From Eubacteriales bacterium (GTDB taxonomy: Bacteria > Bacillota > Clostridia > Oscillospirales > CAG-382), in contig JAZUOO010000043.1 in assembly GCA_045604705.1 (NCBI GenBank), positions 7,597-71,596 of the forward strand: a stretch of 64,000 bases of DNA, in the 5' to 3' direction. The first letter of the stretch is position 1, and each line of letters begins with the position of its first letter. The notes under the pieces were generated by a model that had not been told where the DNA came from, searched no databases, and saw only the letters and a list, made by a program, of their open reading frames with translations. This document shows positions 27,182 through 36,514 of this stretch, one piece after another. The position numbers and the translations under genes are program-made.

Positions 27182-27331
27182 AATGCTCCTTTCTTTATTT
27201 ACCTGCATGAAGATACATAATTCGACAACAGTTATATGTTACAATATCATTATACAACATTATTTTGTTAATTGCAATATATAAATAAAAATTTTATAAA
27301 ATAAGAAAAATAAAGAAAATCAAAGATAATT

Positions 27332-27348
27332 GGTCAAAAAAGGTCAAA
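27332..27348 (+). promoter_or_regulatory. CtsR operator 1
   Basis: GGTCAAA-AAA-GGTCAAA is a perfect match to the CtsR heptad direct repeat (A/G)GTCAAA-NAN-(A/G)GTCAAA. Confidence 0.8.
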
Positions 27349-27369
27349 AATCATCCGAAACGAGCTGAG

Positions 27370-27386
27370 ATTGACCAAAATTGACT
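27370..27386 (-). promoter_or_regulatory. CtsR operator 2 (inverted, degenerate)
   Basis: The reverse complement reads AGTCAAT-TTT-GGTCAAT (7th position A to T in both heptads). It abuts the -35. Confidence 0.55.
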
Positions 27387-27415
27387 TTGACTTTTGTTGA
27401 TCTATCTATTATAAT
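27387..27415 (+). promoter_or_regulatory. sigma-A promoter of the ctsR operon
   Basis: TTGACT - 17 nt - TATAAT, flanked by CtsR boxes. Confidence 0.6.
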
Positions 27416-27417
27416 TT

Positions 27418-27434
27418 AGTCAAAGAAAGTCAAA
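27418..27434 (+). promoter_or_regulatory. CtsR operator 3
   Basis: AGTCAAA-GAA-AGTCAAA is a perfect consensus, starting 3 nt after the -10 (covers the transcription start). Confidence 0.8.
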
Positions 27435-27470
27435 GTGAGATTATATTTTGAAGGAGTGAGGGTGTAATTT

Positions 27471-27929
27471 ATGCTTATATCCGAAAAGATTACAAGAATA
27501 ATAGAAGAGATGCTGAACGACGGCAATGGTATCACGGAGATTAAAAGAAACGAATTTGCAAACACCGTAGGCTGTGTACCGAGTCAGATCAACTATGTTA
27601 TAACATCGAGATTCAATAAAGAACGTGGCTACATAGTCGAAAGTCGAAGAGGCGGTGGAGGATACATCAGAATAATTCGTCCGGAAATGACGGGTAGTGA
27701 ATACCTGTGTCATATGCTCGGATGTATTGGAGAGAAAATAGATGCCGAAAGTGCGGTGTATCTGGCCAAGGATATGTATTCAAAGGGGATAATTGATGAA
27801 AGGGAAGCAAACATAATAATTTCCGTACTCAACAATAAGGCTTCTTACGATCTGGCTAAGGAGTATTCTGAATACTCAAGAGCCGAAATGCTCAAATCCA
27901 TCGTTCTTACACTTATAAGATTAAGATAA
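27471..27929 (+). CDS. ctsR: class III stress gene repressor CtsR
   Basis: ISEKITRIIEEML..., winged HTH and the Gly-rich loop VESRRGGGGYIRI diagnostic of CtsR. Confidence 0.95.
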   Translation: MLISEKITRIIEEMLNDGNGITEIKRNEFANTVGCVPSQINYVITSRFNKERGYIVESRRGGGGYIRIIRPEMTGSEYLCHMLGCIGEKIDAESAVYLAKDMYSKGIIDEREANIIISVLNNKASYDLAKEYSEYSRAEMLKSIVLTLIRLR

Positions 27930-27944
27930 AAGGAGGAACTTAAT

Positions 27945-28511
27945 ATGCTGTGTGAAAAATGCAAAAAGAACAATGCTTCCGTACATTACAGATACAACGA
28001 AAATGGAAAAGTAACCGAAATACATCTTTGTTCCGAATGTGCCAAGGAAAAAGGTCTATTACTTGATAATGGCACAATATCCTCGGATTTTATGTCCGAT
28101 AAAAGCTTGTTCGCAGACAATTTTGTAAAAATTCCTTTTTCTACACTGTTTAACGGAAACTGTTATATAAAACCCCAAAGCACAAGTCTTAGAGTCTGTC
28201 CGAGCTGTGGTATGACGGAGAATGAACTGAGATCCTCCGGAAAGCTGGGCTGTGAAAGATGCTACTCCGTTTTTTCCGATCTTGTGGATGTCATGTTAAA
28301 TAAAATGCATATGTCCACAGAATATAAAGGCAAGATTCCTGCGGGAAGAAACGAAAGCCTTTCTTTGAAGAGGAAGATTGAAAAGCTTAAGAATGATATG
28401 CATTCGGCGGTTGAAAATCAGGAATATGAAGAAGCGGCGAAAATCCGTGATATAATTCGCAGTCTTGAAGATAACGACAATAAGGCGGAAAATAACGGGG
28501 GTGAATCCTGA
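27945..28511 (+). CDS. mcsA: McsA (zinc-finger / UVR-motif activator of McsB)
   Basis: N-terminal CxxC pairs (CEKCKK..CSECAKE, CPSCGM..CERC) and C-terminal UVR motif EYEEAAKIRDIIRSLE. Sits in the operon between ctsR and mcsB. Confidence 0.9.
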   Translation: MLCEKCKKNNASVHYRYNENGKVTEIHLCSECAKEKGLLLDNGTISSDFMSDKSLFADNFVKIPFSTLFNGNCYIKPQSTSLRVCPSCGMTENELRSSGKLGCERCYSVFSDLVDVMLNKMHMSTEYKGKIPAGRNESLSLKRKIEKLKNDMHSAVENQEYEEAAKIRDIIRSLEDNDNKAENNGGES

Positions 28512-29527
28512 TGAAATGGTTCAATAATATGCAATGTAACGGTATTGTGCTAAGTACACGCGTAAGACTTGCGAGAAATATCAAGGGTTATCCGTTTGGT
28601 AAAAAGCTCACCTTCGAGCAAAGGGCGGTGCTTCTGAAAGAAGTAAGACAAACCTTTGAAAAATACGGAACTGACAGATACAACTACATCGATATGACCG
28701 GTAAATCTCTTATTGAAAAGAATATACTTGTCGAGGAACACATCATCAGTACGGAATTTGCTTCAGTGCCGTCATCCGAAAACAGTATGCTCGTTTATGA
28801 CGAAAACAGTAGTATCTCGGTAATGATAGGCGAAGAAGACCACATCAGAATCCAGGCAATCAGACCGGGTTTTTCTGTAAAAGAAGCCTTTCAAGCCGCC
28901 GATTCAGTGGATAATACCCTTTCATCGGGACTTGAATTTTCCTTTGATGACAAACTTGGTTTTCTTACCTGCTGTCCATCAAATACCGGAACCGGCATGA
29001 GAATATCCTGTATGCTTCATCTCCCGATGCTTTCGAGAAATGATTATATAAAATCTGTAATAGAATACTGTTCAAGATTTGGACTCACAGTCAGAGGTTT
29101 TTTTGGTGAGGGAAGCAGAGCAGAGGGAGAAATTTATCAAATATCCAATCAGATAACACTTGGTATATCCGAAGATGAAACAATAAAAAGAATAGAAGAA
29201 GTAATAAACGTCATAGTAAACAAGGAAAGATCCTTGAGAAATCAGCTTAAAGAATCCCCCGAAAAGATTCATGATAAGCTCTGGAGATCATATGGTATTC
29301 TCAGTAAAGTAAGATGTATTGACTCAAAGGAATTTCTGTCGTTGCTCTCCGACTGTATGCTTGGAAGGGAATGTGGCATATTGACGGATCTGAATGATAA
29401 AAATCTTGTACGAATACTGATCGACTGTATGCCCGCTCACATCATCAGCACAAATCCCGAATGCAAGGACGCTACTCTAAGAGATGTTTTAAGGGCGCAG
29501 AAAATAAGAACTATGATAAACACCTAA
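28511..29527 (+). CDS. mcsB: protein arginine kinase McsB (ATP:guanido phosphotransferase family)
   Basis: ARN..GYPF, EEDHIRIQ, CPSN(T)GTGMR and QISNQITLG motifs. The start overlaps the mcsA stop by 1 nt. Confidence 0.93.
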   Translation: MKWFNNMQCNGIVLSTRVRLARNIKGYPFGKKLTFEQRAVLLKEVRQTFEKYGTDRYNYIDMTGKSLIEKNILVEEHIISTEFASVPSSENSMLVYDENSSISVMIGEEDHIRIQAIRPGFSVKEAFQAADSVDNTLSSGLEFSFDDKLGFLTCCPSNTGTGMRISCMLHLPMLSRNDYIKSVIEYCSRFGLTVRGFFGEGSRAEGEIYQISNQITLGISEDETIKRIEEVINVIVNKERSLRNQLKESPEKIHDKLWRSYGILSKVRCIDSKEFLSLLSDCMLGRECGILTDLNDKNLVRILIDCMPAHIISTNPECKDATLRDVLRAQKIRTMINT

Positions 29528-29543
29528 GAAAGGATGATATACA

Positions 29544-32051
29544 TTGAAAAGACTTACAACAAATGCGGCAGAAGCAATAAGTGCATCTCAGAGATACGCG
29601 GCGGAAATGGGACACAGCTACGTGGGAAGCGAGCACCTTCTCCTTGGGCTCTTGTCAAAATCAGATTCTATTGCTTCAAAACTTCTTATAGAACAGGGTG
29701 TAACCTATGATGGTGTCAAAAAGGCAATAGTAGAAGCCTCGGGAACAGGAGATACAATGTCCGGGATTTCACCTGAACCTACTCCGAGAACAAAAAAGAT
29801 AATTGAAAACACAGTTGTTATGGCTGAAACAACCGGACAGAATTTCATTGGAACGGAGCATATTCTCATGTCCATTCTTGTTGAAACCGACTGTGTTGCC
29901 TGCAAGATCATGAAACGCCTAGGGATCAATTGCTCAGAACTGTTTTATAAAGTCAAAGGTGACAGCAGTGGAATAGGAAGTGCCGTAAACGGACAGGGAT
30001 TTTCTGATCAATACGGAAGAAAAGAAACAGATAACGGTGAAAGAAAGAAATCCGGTACCCCCGAACTTGAAAAATACAGCACTGATCTTACAGATCTTGC
30101 CAAAAACGGAAAGATAGATCCGGTAATCGGCAGAGAAAAAGAAACACAGAGAGTTATTGAGATTCTTTCCCGCAGAACAAAAAACAATCCTTGTCTCATT
30201 GGTGAACCGGGCGTTGGCAAAACTGCGGTTGTTGAAGGACTTGCATCCCTTATTAACACCGGGGCGGTTCCGGAGACAATTAAAGACAAAAGAGTTGTCG
30301 CTCTCGACCTTGCAAGTGTTCTTGCCGGTACAAAATACAGAGGAGAATTTGAGGAAAGAATCAAAAATATTATGGAGGAAGTCAAGAAATCCACCGATGT
30401 CATTCTTTTCATTGATGAGATCCACACAATTGTAGGTGCCGGTGCTTCCGAGGGTGCAGTTGATGCTGCAAATATATTAAAGCCTGCATTGTCAAGAGGT
30501 GAGATTCAGGTTATCGGTGCAACCACAATAGATGAATACAGAAAGCACATAGAAAAGGATGCGGCTCTCGAAAGAAGATTCGGTTCGGTAATGGTCGATG
30601 AACCCACTGCGTCCGATGCAATAAAGATCCTTCAGGGACTAAAAGATAAGTACGAATCACATCACAAAGTTAAAATAACCGATTCAGCAATCGAAGCAGC
30701 GGTCAACCTTTCCATAAGATACATCGGTGACAGATATTTGCCGGATAAAGCCATTGACTTGATTGATGAAACAGCATCAAGAATCAGAATCAGAAGTATA
30801 ACTGCACCTTCAGAAATAGTCGAGCTTGAACAAAAACTCGCAAAGATTAAGTCTGACAAGGAGGAAGCTGTTCAGACACAGAGATTTGAGGATGCGGGAC
30901 GTTTGCACGCTGAGGAAAGAATGGCACAGGAAAATTTGAAAGTCGAAATATCAAAATGGGAAGAAGTTAAGAAGGTCAATAATGAGATCAATGATACCGA
31001 TATAGCCGACACGGTCACAAACATCACTGGAATCCCAGTAAACAAACTTGCAAAAGAGGAACAAAGCAAGCTTCTTGGACTTGATAAAGTACTAAGAGGT
31101 CGCGTAATAGGTCAGGATGCAGCAGTTGATGTAGTTGCAAAAGCTGTAAGGCGAGGAAGAATGGGGCTTAAGGACCCAAAAAGACCTCAAGGTTCGTTTA
31201 TATTCTGCGGTCCCACGGGCGTTGGTAAAACAGAGCTTTCAAAAGCACTCGCGTCCGCAGTTTTCGGTGATGAGAATGCCATCATAAGAATTGATATGTC
31301 CGAGTATATGGAAAAGCACAGTGTATCAAAGCTCATAGGAGCGCCTCCCGGGTATGTAGGCTTTGATGACGCAGGACAGCTCACCGAAAAAATCAGACGT
31401 AAACCCTATAGCGTGGTGCTCTTTGACGAAATAGAAAAAGCACACCCCGATGTTTTCAACATCATGCTTCAAGTCCTTGAAGACGGGCATCTTACCGACA
31501 GTCACGGAAGAAAAGTGGATTTTAAAAACACTATAATTATTATGACCTCCAACCTTGGATCTTCCAAAGCCGCAGAACCGCGCCGTCTTGGATTCTCTGA
31601 TGCTGCAATGGAAAAAGATTCGGAAGAAAAAGCAAAAGAAGCTGTTATGAATGCACTCAGAGATAACTTCAGACCGGAATTTCTCAATAGACTTGATGAG
31701 ATTGTAATATTCAATAGGTTGTCAACCGAAGATATAGAAAAAATCACAAGACTCATGCTGTCCGAGGTTCAGAACAGGATAAGCAAACTCGGCATAAAAA
31801 TCGAATTTTCCGATGAAGTATGTACGCATCTCGCCAAGGTCGGATATGACCCTGTATATGGTGCAAGACCGCTTCGTCGTGCTATTCAGCAAAAAATTGA
31901 AGATTCTTTCTCAACAGATATGCTTGAAGGCAACATCAATGCGGGAGATAAGGTTTTTTGTACCTTGCTAAATGACGAAATTATCTATAAGGTAGATGAA
32001 AAACCGGGGGAAACAGAAAAAACCGAGGAAAATAGCGATAGACAAAATTGA
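29544..32051 (+). CDS. clpC: ATP-dependent Clp protease ATP-binding subunit ClpC
   Basis: Clp_N repeats, two AAA+ modules ([18 protein letters not shown]) and a UVR-like linker. TTG start after an AAAGGATGA RBS. Confidence 0.95.
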   Translation: MKRLTTNAAEAISASQRYAAEMGHSYVGSEHLLLGLLSKSDSIASKLLIEQGVTYDGVKKAIVEASGTGDTMSGISPEPTPRTKKIIENTVVMAETTGQNFIGTEHILMSILVETDCVACKIMKRLGINCSELFYKVKGDSSGIGSAVNGQGFSDQYGRKETDNGERKKSGTPELEKYSTDLTDLAKNGKIDPVIGREKETQRVIEILSRRTKNNPCLIGEPGVGKTAVVEGLASLINTGAVPETIKDKRVVALDLASVLAGTKYRGEFEERIKNIMEEVKKSTDVILFIDEIHTIVGAGASEGAVDAANILKPALSRGEIQVIGATTIDEYRKHIEKDAALERRFGSVMVDEPTASDAIKILQGLKDKYESHHKVKITDSAIEAAVNLSIRYIGDRYLPDKAIDLIDETASRIRIRSITAPSEIVELEQKLAKIKSDKEEAVQTQRFEDAGRLHAEERMAQENLKVEISKWEEVKKVNNEINDTDIADTVTNITGIPVNKLAKEEQSKLLGLDKVLRGRVIGQDAAVDVVAKAVRRGRMGLKDPKRPQGSFIFCGPTGVGKTELSKALASAVFGDENAIIRIDMSEYMEKHSVSKLIGAPPGYVGFDDAGQLTEKIRRKPYSVVLFDEIEKAHPDVFNIMLQVLEDGHLTDSHGRKVDFKNTIIIMTSNLGSSKAAEPRRLGFSDAAMEKDSEEKAKEAVMNALRDNFRPEFLNRLDEIVIFNRLSTEDIEKITRLMLSEVQNRISKLGIKIEFSDEVCTHLAKVGYDPVYGARPLRRAIQQKIEDSFSTDMLEGNINAGDKVFCTLLNDEIIYKVDEKPGETEKTEENSDRQN

Positions 32052-32163
32052 AAAAATGAAAATAACACGGTTGATCATAGTTTCATATCTGTTTACGAAA
32101 GTCACTTAAATATTTCAAAATACTGTGTTATAATACCCAAAAATTTCAAGGAGAAATAAGACA

Positions 32164-32913
32164 ATGGACATGAATTCAAAAATACTTGCAAAGGTAGATA
32201 CAACCGTTATTACAGAGGCTGATGTTGATGCAACAATTGCCGCACTCGGTCAGAGAGGCGAAGCATACAACAATCCACAGGGTAGAAAGGCAGTGCTTGA
32301 ACAGCTTATAAATAAGAATCTGATGCTGTGCGATGCAAAGAAGAATCTCTATGAGTATGATCCCAAGTTTAAAGCAGAGCTTGCAAAGATTAAAGAAGAA
32401 ATGCTTGCTAACTTTGCTATAGAAAAAGCTATTTCATCCATTAAAGTAACAGATGACGAAGCAAAGAAGTTCTATGACGAACATAAGGCTGAGCTCGTAG
32501 GTGGCGAAACAGTCGATGCAAGCCACATCCTTGTTGATTCCGAGGAAAAGGCAAATGAGATTCTCGCCGACATCAATAACGGTGATATTTCATTTGAGGA
32601 TGCAGCAAAGCAGTACAGCTCCTGTCCCTCAAAGGAAAAGGGCGGAAACCTCGGTGAGTTTGGCAGGGGACAGATGGTGCCGGAATTTGACAACGCTGTA
32701 TTTGAAATGGAGGAAGGCGAGGTCAAGGGACCGGTTCAGACTCAGTTCGGTTACCACATTATTAAGCTCAACAAGAAGAATGAAGCAAAGGAAATTCCTT
32801 TTGACGATATAAAGCCTCAGATAATGCAGAAGGTACTTTCCGACAAACAGCAGGCTGCATATGCTTCAAAGCTAAACCAGCTCAGGATTCTTTTCCCTGT
32901 TGATCTGTTTTGA
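32164..32913 (+). CDS. parvulin-type peptidyl-prolyl isomerase (PpiC/PrsA family), no obvious signal peptide
   Basis: SurA_N-like helical N-terminus plus rotamase core ASHILV...GGNLGEFGRGQMVPEFD...FGYHIIK. Confidence 0.85.
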   Translation: MDMNSKILAKVDTTVITEADVDATIAALGQRGEAYNNPQGRKAVLEQLINKNLMLCDAKKNLYEYDPKFKAELAKIKEEMLANFAIEKAISSIKVTDDEAKKFYDEHKAELVGGETVDASHILVDSEEKANEILADINNGDISFEDAAKQYSSCPSKEKGGNLGEFGRGQMVPEFDNAVFEMEEGEVKGPVQTQFGYHIIKLNKKNEAKEIPFDDIKPQIMQKVLSDKQQAAYASKLNQLRILFPVDLF

Positions 32914-33403
32914 TAATTGTGTGAAAAGGAAAAGAATTGTTTTCTTTGTAAGTTGCGCGATTTCGGTTCTCATCTGTATTATAATTTTCAGGTTTTCAGC
33001 ACAGAACGGTGAGGCATCCGGAAATGTCAGCGAAGGATTTACAAAAATGCTGTTTCCGTCAGTCGTGTCCGACAGCATGGTATATTCCATCGAAAATGTT
33101 ATTCGCAAGATTGCACACTATATGATATATTTGTCATTGGGTATATCGGTGTATTTTTCATACGATTCATATATGCAGGGCTTCACGGGGAAACATCCGA
33201 GAACTATATTAAAGTTTCTGGTTCCTTTACTTATCTGTTTTATTTATTCTATTACCGATGAATTGCATCAGTGTTTTGTTCCGGAACGTCATGGCACTTT
33301 TGCCGATTGTCTGCTTGACACTTTTGGAGCATTGAGCGGAATACTTTTTGTAATGGGGTTGTCACGTGGATTAGGGCGTTTTAGTTCAAAGAAAAATAAA
33401 TAA
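32900..33403 (+). CDS. VanZ family membrane protein
   Basis: 4 TM. KIAHYMIYLSLG and DELHQCFVPERHGTFADCLLDTFGA motifs. Start uncertain (TTG 32900 overlaps the PPIase end; GTG 32921 is an alternative). Confidence 0.8.
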   Translation: MICFDNCVKRKRIVFFVSCAISVLICIIIFRFSAQNGEASGNVSEGFTKMLFPSVVSDSMVYSIENVIRKIAHYMIYLSLGISVYFSYDSYMQGFTGKHPRTILKFLVPLLICFIYSITDELHQCFVPERHGTFADCLLDTFGALSGILFVMGLSRGLGRFSSKKNK

Positions 33404-33438
33404 ACCTTCAGCTTGCCAATTTACGGCAAGCTGTTTCT

Positions 33439-34173
33439 TTACATGCTTATAAGCTCGGATACGGTTACAAATTCATAGCCCTTATTTTTAAGTTCAGGAA
33501 TAATTATTCTCAAAGCTTCCGGCGTGGGACTCTTTCCGCAGATATAATCATGAAACAAAATAATATCACCATCCCGAATATTAGAAAGAACCGTATCTGT
33601 TACACTGCTTACCGGCGGACATTTCCAATCCATTGTATCCTGCCTCCACGACCATAAAACCGTAATGCAATTATTGGACGTTATCTTATCCACAATATTA
33701 TTGCTCAGATACCCACCCGGAGGACGGAAAAGCTTGGGTACATATCCCGTTATCTCCAATATTACACTCTGGGTACACGCAATCTCTCTGTCAACATCTT
33801 CCGGGGAAAGCTCTCTCATCTGCGGATGCGAATAGGTGTGATTCCCTATTTCATGCCCCTCCGAATATATTCTTTTGATAAGATCCGGGTACTTTTCCGC
33901 ATTCATACCTATAACGAAAAATGTTGCTTTTACATCAAATTGTTTCAGTATATCAAGAATTTCTGCAGTGTACTTATCTCCCGGACCATCGTCAAATGTG
34001 ATTGCAAGCTGTTTTCTCGCATTTCTGTTTGCAACAACAATATTACTGTTTCCTTCTGCATAGGTGTAATCACTTATCTTGCCGCATACTATCGCTTCTT
34101 CGGATTTCACATTACAACATAGTGAAATGCTTAACATTGCCGCAAATATTTTTATCCACGGTTTTAATGTCAT
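33439..34173 (-). CDS. polysaccharide deacetylase (NodB homology domain), secreted
   Basis: Signal sequence. LAITFDDGPG, HEIGNHTYSHP and LFRPPGG motifs. Confidence 0.85.
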   Translation of the reverse strand: MTLKPWIKIFAAMLSISLCCNVKSEEAIVCGKISDYTYAEGNSNIVVANRNARKQLAITFDDGPGDKYTAEILDILKQFDVKATFFVIGMNAEKYPDLIKRIYSEGHEIGNHTYSHPQMRELSPEDVDREIACTQSVILEITGYVPKLFRPPGGYLSNNIVDKITSNNCITVLWSWRQDTMDWKCPPVSSVTDTVLSNIRDGDIILFHDYICGKSPTPEALRIIIPELKNKGYEFVTVSELISM

Positions 34174-34994
34174 TTGTTTTCTCCGTTTCGGTCATTTGAT
34201 TGATCAGGGAAGTCATCTAGTGATTTAAAAGTATACCCGTCCTGTTTCAATTTTATAATAAACTCATCAAGTATCTTTGCATTTGTTTCCGACGTCGGAT
34301 GAAGCAGAACCACACACCCCGGATGCACTCTTGAAAAAAGAAGCTCCAAAGCCTTACCACATTCAAGCTGTTTGTCATTATCCCAATCAGCATAAGCAAG
34401 TGACCAGAATACCGTCTTATAACCAAGTTCCTTGGCGTGGGAAAGATTCAGTTCTGAATAGGCTCCCTCGGGAGGTCTATAATATTTTGCCATTTCAAGT
34501 TTAAGTGAATCTTTCAGGATTGCTTCGTTATTCTCCAGCTCATTCCTGAAAACATTTATATCCGTAACCTTTCCCATGTTTCCGTGAGATTTTGTGTGGT
34601 TGCAAATCAGATGGCCCTCATCGTTCATTCGAACAAGGAGCTCTGGATTTGATTTTATAAGATTCGGAAGCACGAAGAATGCTCCGGGTACATTGTGCAT
34701 TTTCAGTGTATTGAGAATTTTTGCAATGTTGCCATTTTCGTAACCGGCGTCAAATGTCAGATAAATACTTTTCTCACCGCTTCTATCGAGTGATATTACA
34801 TCGTATTTTTCTGTATATACGCCATTATCGGGAGTTTGAGGCACTTCTCCTTTATTTCCGTATTTAAGATACCAGCTTTGTACTTTGCTGTCCTGTGAAT
34901 AAACGTGTTGTATATTCAATGAATTTATGCACAGTGTGATGCATAAAAATGCAATTAATTTTTCTTTTACGTTAATTGTAATCACCTCTCTCAA
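34170..34994 (-). CDS. pdaA: PdaA-like delta-lactam-biosynthetic de-N-acetylase (spore cortex)
   Basis: IYLTFDAGYENGNIAKILNTLKMHNVPGAFFV...NDEGHLICNHTKSH closely parallels B. subtilis PdaA (IYLTFDNGYENGYT...). Start codon uncertain (TTG). Confidence 0.75.
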   Translation of the reverse strand: MREVITINVKEKLIAFLCITLCINSLNIQHVYSQDSKVQSWYLKYGNKGEVPQTPDNGVYTEKYDVISLDRSGEKSIYLTFDAGYENGNIAKILNTLKMHNVPGAFFVLPNLIKSNPELLVRMNDEGHLICNHTKSHGNMGKVTDINVFRNELENNEAILKDSLKLEMAKYYRPPEGAYSELNLSHAKELGYKTVFWSLAYADWDNDKQLECGKALELLFSRVHPGCVVLLHPTSETNAKILDEFIIKLKQDGYTFKSLDDFPDQSNDRNGENK

Positions 34995-35013
34995 AGCTAT
35001 TTTTTCATGTGAG

Positions 35014-35024
35014 TGAATATTTAT
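35014..35024 (+). promoter_or_regulatory. candidate ArgR/AhrC half ARG box (distal)
   Basis: TGAATATTTAT is identical to the 11-mer inside the argG promoter 113 bp downstream. It resembles the TGAAT-WWWW half of the ARG box. Confidence 0.35.
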
Positions 35025-35118
35025 AATATAAAATCTATGTTATATTTACCAAAAAAATCTTTTGTAAAAAAGTGGAGTTGTACTAATATACAAATGTGGA
35101 AAAAGTTAATAAATTTGC

Positions 35119-35147
35119 TTGACAATTGAATATTTATGCGGTATAAT
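35119..35147 (+). promoter_or_regulatory. consensus sigma-A promoter of argG-argH
   Basis: TTGACA - 17 nt - TATAAT, both hexamers perfect. Confidence 0.7.
35127..35137 (+). promoter_or_regulatory. candidate ArgR/AhrC half ARG box (within promoter spacer)
   Basis: TGAATATTTAT lies between the -35 and -10 of the argG promoter. Confidence 0.35.
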
Positions 35148-35200
35148 ATATACATAATTCAAAAGATACTTTGTATCGGAAATTAAATGAGGTAACTGAA

Positions 35201-36430
35201 ATGGATAAATCTAAGATTAAAAAGGTAGTCCTTGCGTATTCCGGAGGTCTTGATACATCTATAATTATTCCGTGGCTTAAGGAAAATTATAACAACTGTG
35301 AAGTAATCGCAGTTTCCGGAAATGTTGGTCAGGCAGATGAGCTTGATGGTCTTGAGGAAAAGGCTCTTAAGACAGGTGCTTCAAAGCTTTATGTTGAGGA
35401 TCTCACAGATGAGTTTGTTGACGAATACATCATTCCCACGGTTCAGGCAGGTGCAAAGTACGAAGAGTATATGCTCGGTACTTCTTTCGCTCGTCCCATT
35501 ATTGCTAAGAGAATCGTTGAAATTGCTATAGCCGAAGGTGCGGATGCTATCTGTCACGGTTGTACAGGTAAGGGTAATGACCAGGTAAGATTTGAGCTTG
35601 CAATTAAGGCTTTCGCACCCGATATGCCTATTATCGCTCCCTGGAGAGAATGGGATATCAAGTCCCGTGATGAGGAGATTGATTATGCCGAAGCACACAA
35701 TATTCCCCTTAAGATAAACCGAGAAACAAACTACTCAAAGGATAAGAACCTTTGGCATCTTTCACATGAAGGTCTCGACCTTGAAGACGCAGGCAATGAG
35801 CCTATGTATGACAAGGAAGGCTTCCTTGAAATGGGTGTATCTCCTATTAAGGCACCCGATGAACCTACATATATCACACTTGATTTTGAACAGGGTAAGC
35901 CCGTTGCGTTCAATGACAAGAAAATGAGTGCAAAGGAGATTATTCTTGAACTCAATAAAGTAGGCGGTGCTAACGGCATAGGTCTTCTTGACATCGTTGA
36001 AAACAGACTGGTTGGAATGAAGTGCCGCGGTGTATATGAAACTCCCGGCGGTGCAATCCTTTACTTTGCTCACAGCTATCTTGAATCAATCTGTCTTGAC
36101 AAGATGACCGCGCATGAAAAGGAAAAGCTCTCCATCACATTCGCTGAGCTTGTTTATAACGGTCAGTGGTATACACCTCTTCGTGAAGCCCTCACAGCAT
36201 TTGTTGACAAGACACAGGAAAATGTAACAGGTAAAGTAAAGCTCAAGCTCTACAAGGGTAACATCATCAAGGCAGGCGTTTGGAGTGACTATTCTCTCTA
36301 CTCCGAGGAAATCGCAACATTTGGCGAAGATGATTGTTATAATCAGGCAGATTCTGCGGGATTCATCAACCTCTTTGGTCTTCCCATCAAGGTTCAGGCG
36401 CAGGTCAACGCAAAGAATAAAAAGAAATAA
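35201..36430 (+). CDS. argG: argininosuccinate synthase
   Basis: GAGGT RBS precedes ATG 35201. [12 protein letters not shown] and the rest of the protein are canonical ArgG. Confidence 0.95.
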   Translation: MDKSKIKKVVLAYSGGLDTSIIIPWLKENYNNCEVIAVSGNVGQADELDGLEEKALKTGASKLYVEDLTDEFVDEYIIPTVQAGAKYEEYMLGTSFARPIIAKRIVEIAIAEGADAICHGCTGKGNDQVRFELAIKAFAPDMPIIAPWREWDIKSRDEEIDYAEAHNIPLKINRETNYSKDKNLWHLSHEGLDLEDAGNEPMYDKEGFLEMGVSPIKAPDEPTYITLDFEQGKPVAFNDKKMSAKEIILELNKVGGANGIGLLDIVENRLVGMKCRGVYETPGGAILYFAHSYLESICLDKMTAHEKEKLSITFAELVYNGQWYTPLREALTAFVDKTQENVTGKVKLKLYKGNIIKAGVWSDYSLYSEEIATFGEDDCYNQADSAGFINLFGLPIKVQAQVNAKNKKK

Positions 36431-36442
36431 TTAATACAAATG

Positions 36443-36473
36443 ACCGGGCTTTACCGAAAAAGCAAAGCCCGGT
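36443..36473 (+). terminator. intercistronic hairpin between argG and argH (weak terminator or processing/stability element)
   Basis: ACCGGGCTTT-11 nt-AAAGCCCGGT, a 10-bp GC-rich stem followed by only TGCATTTAATTTT. Confidence 0.45.
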
Positions 36474-36514
36474 TGCATTTAATTTTAGGATCAAATCTGA
36501 AAGGAAGTAGTATT

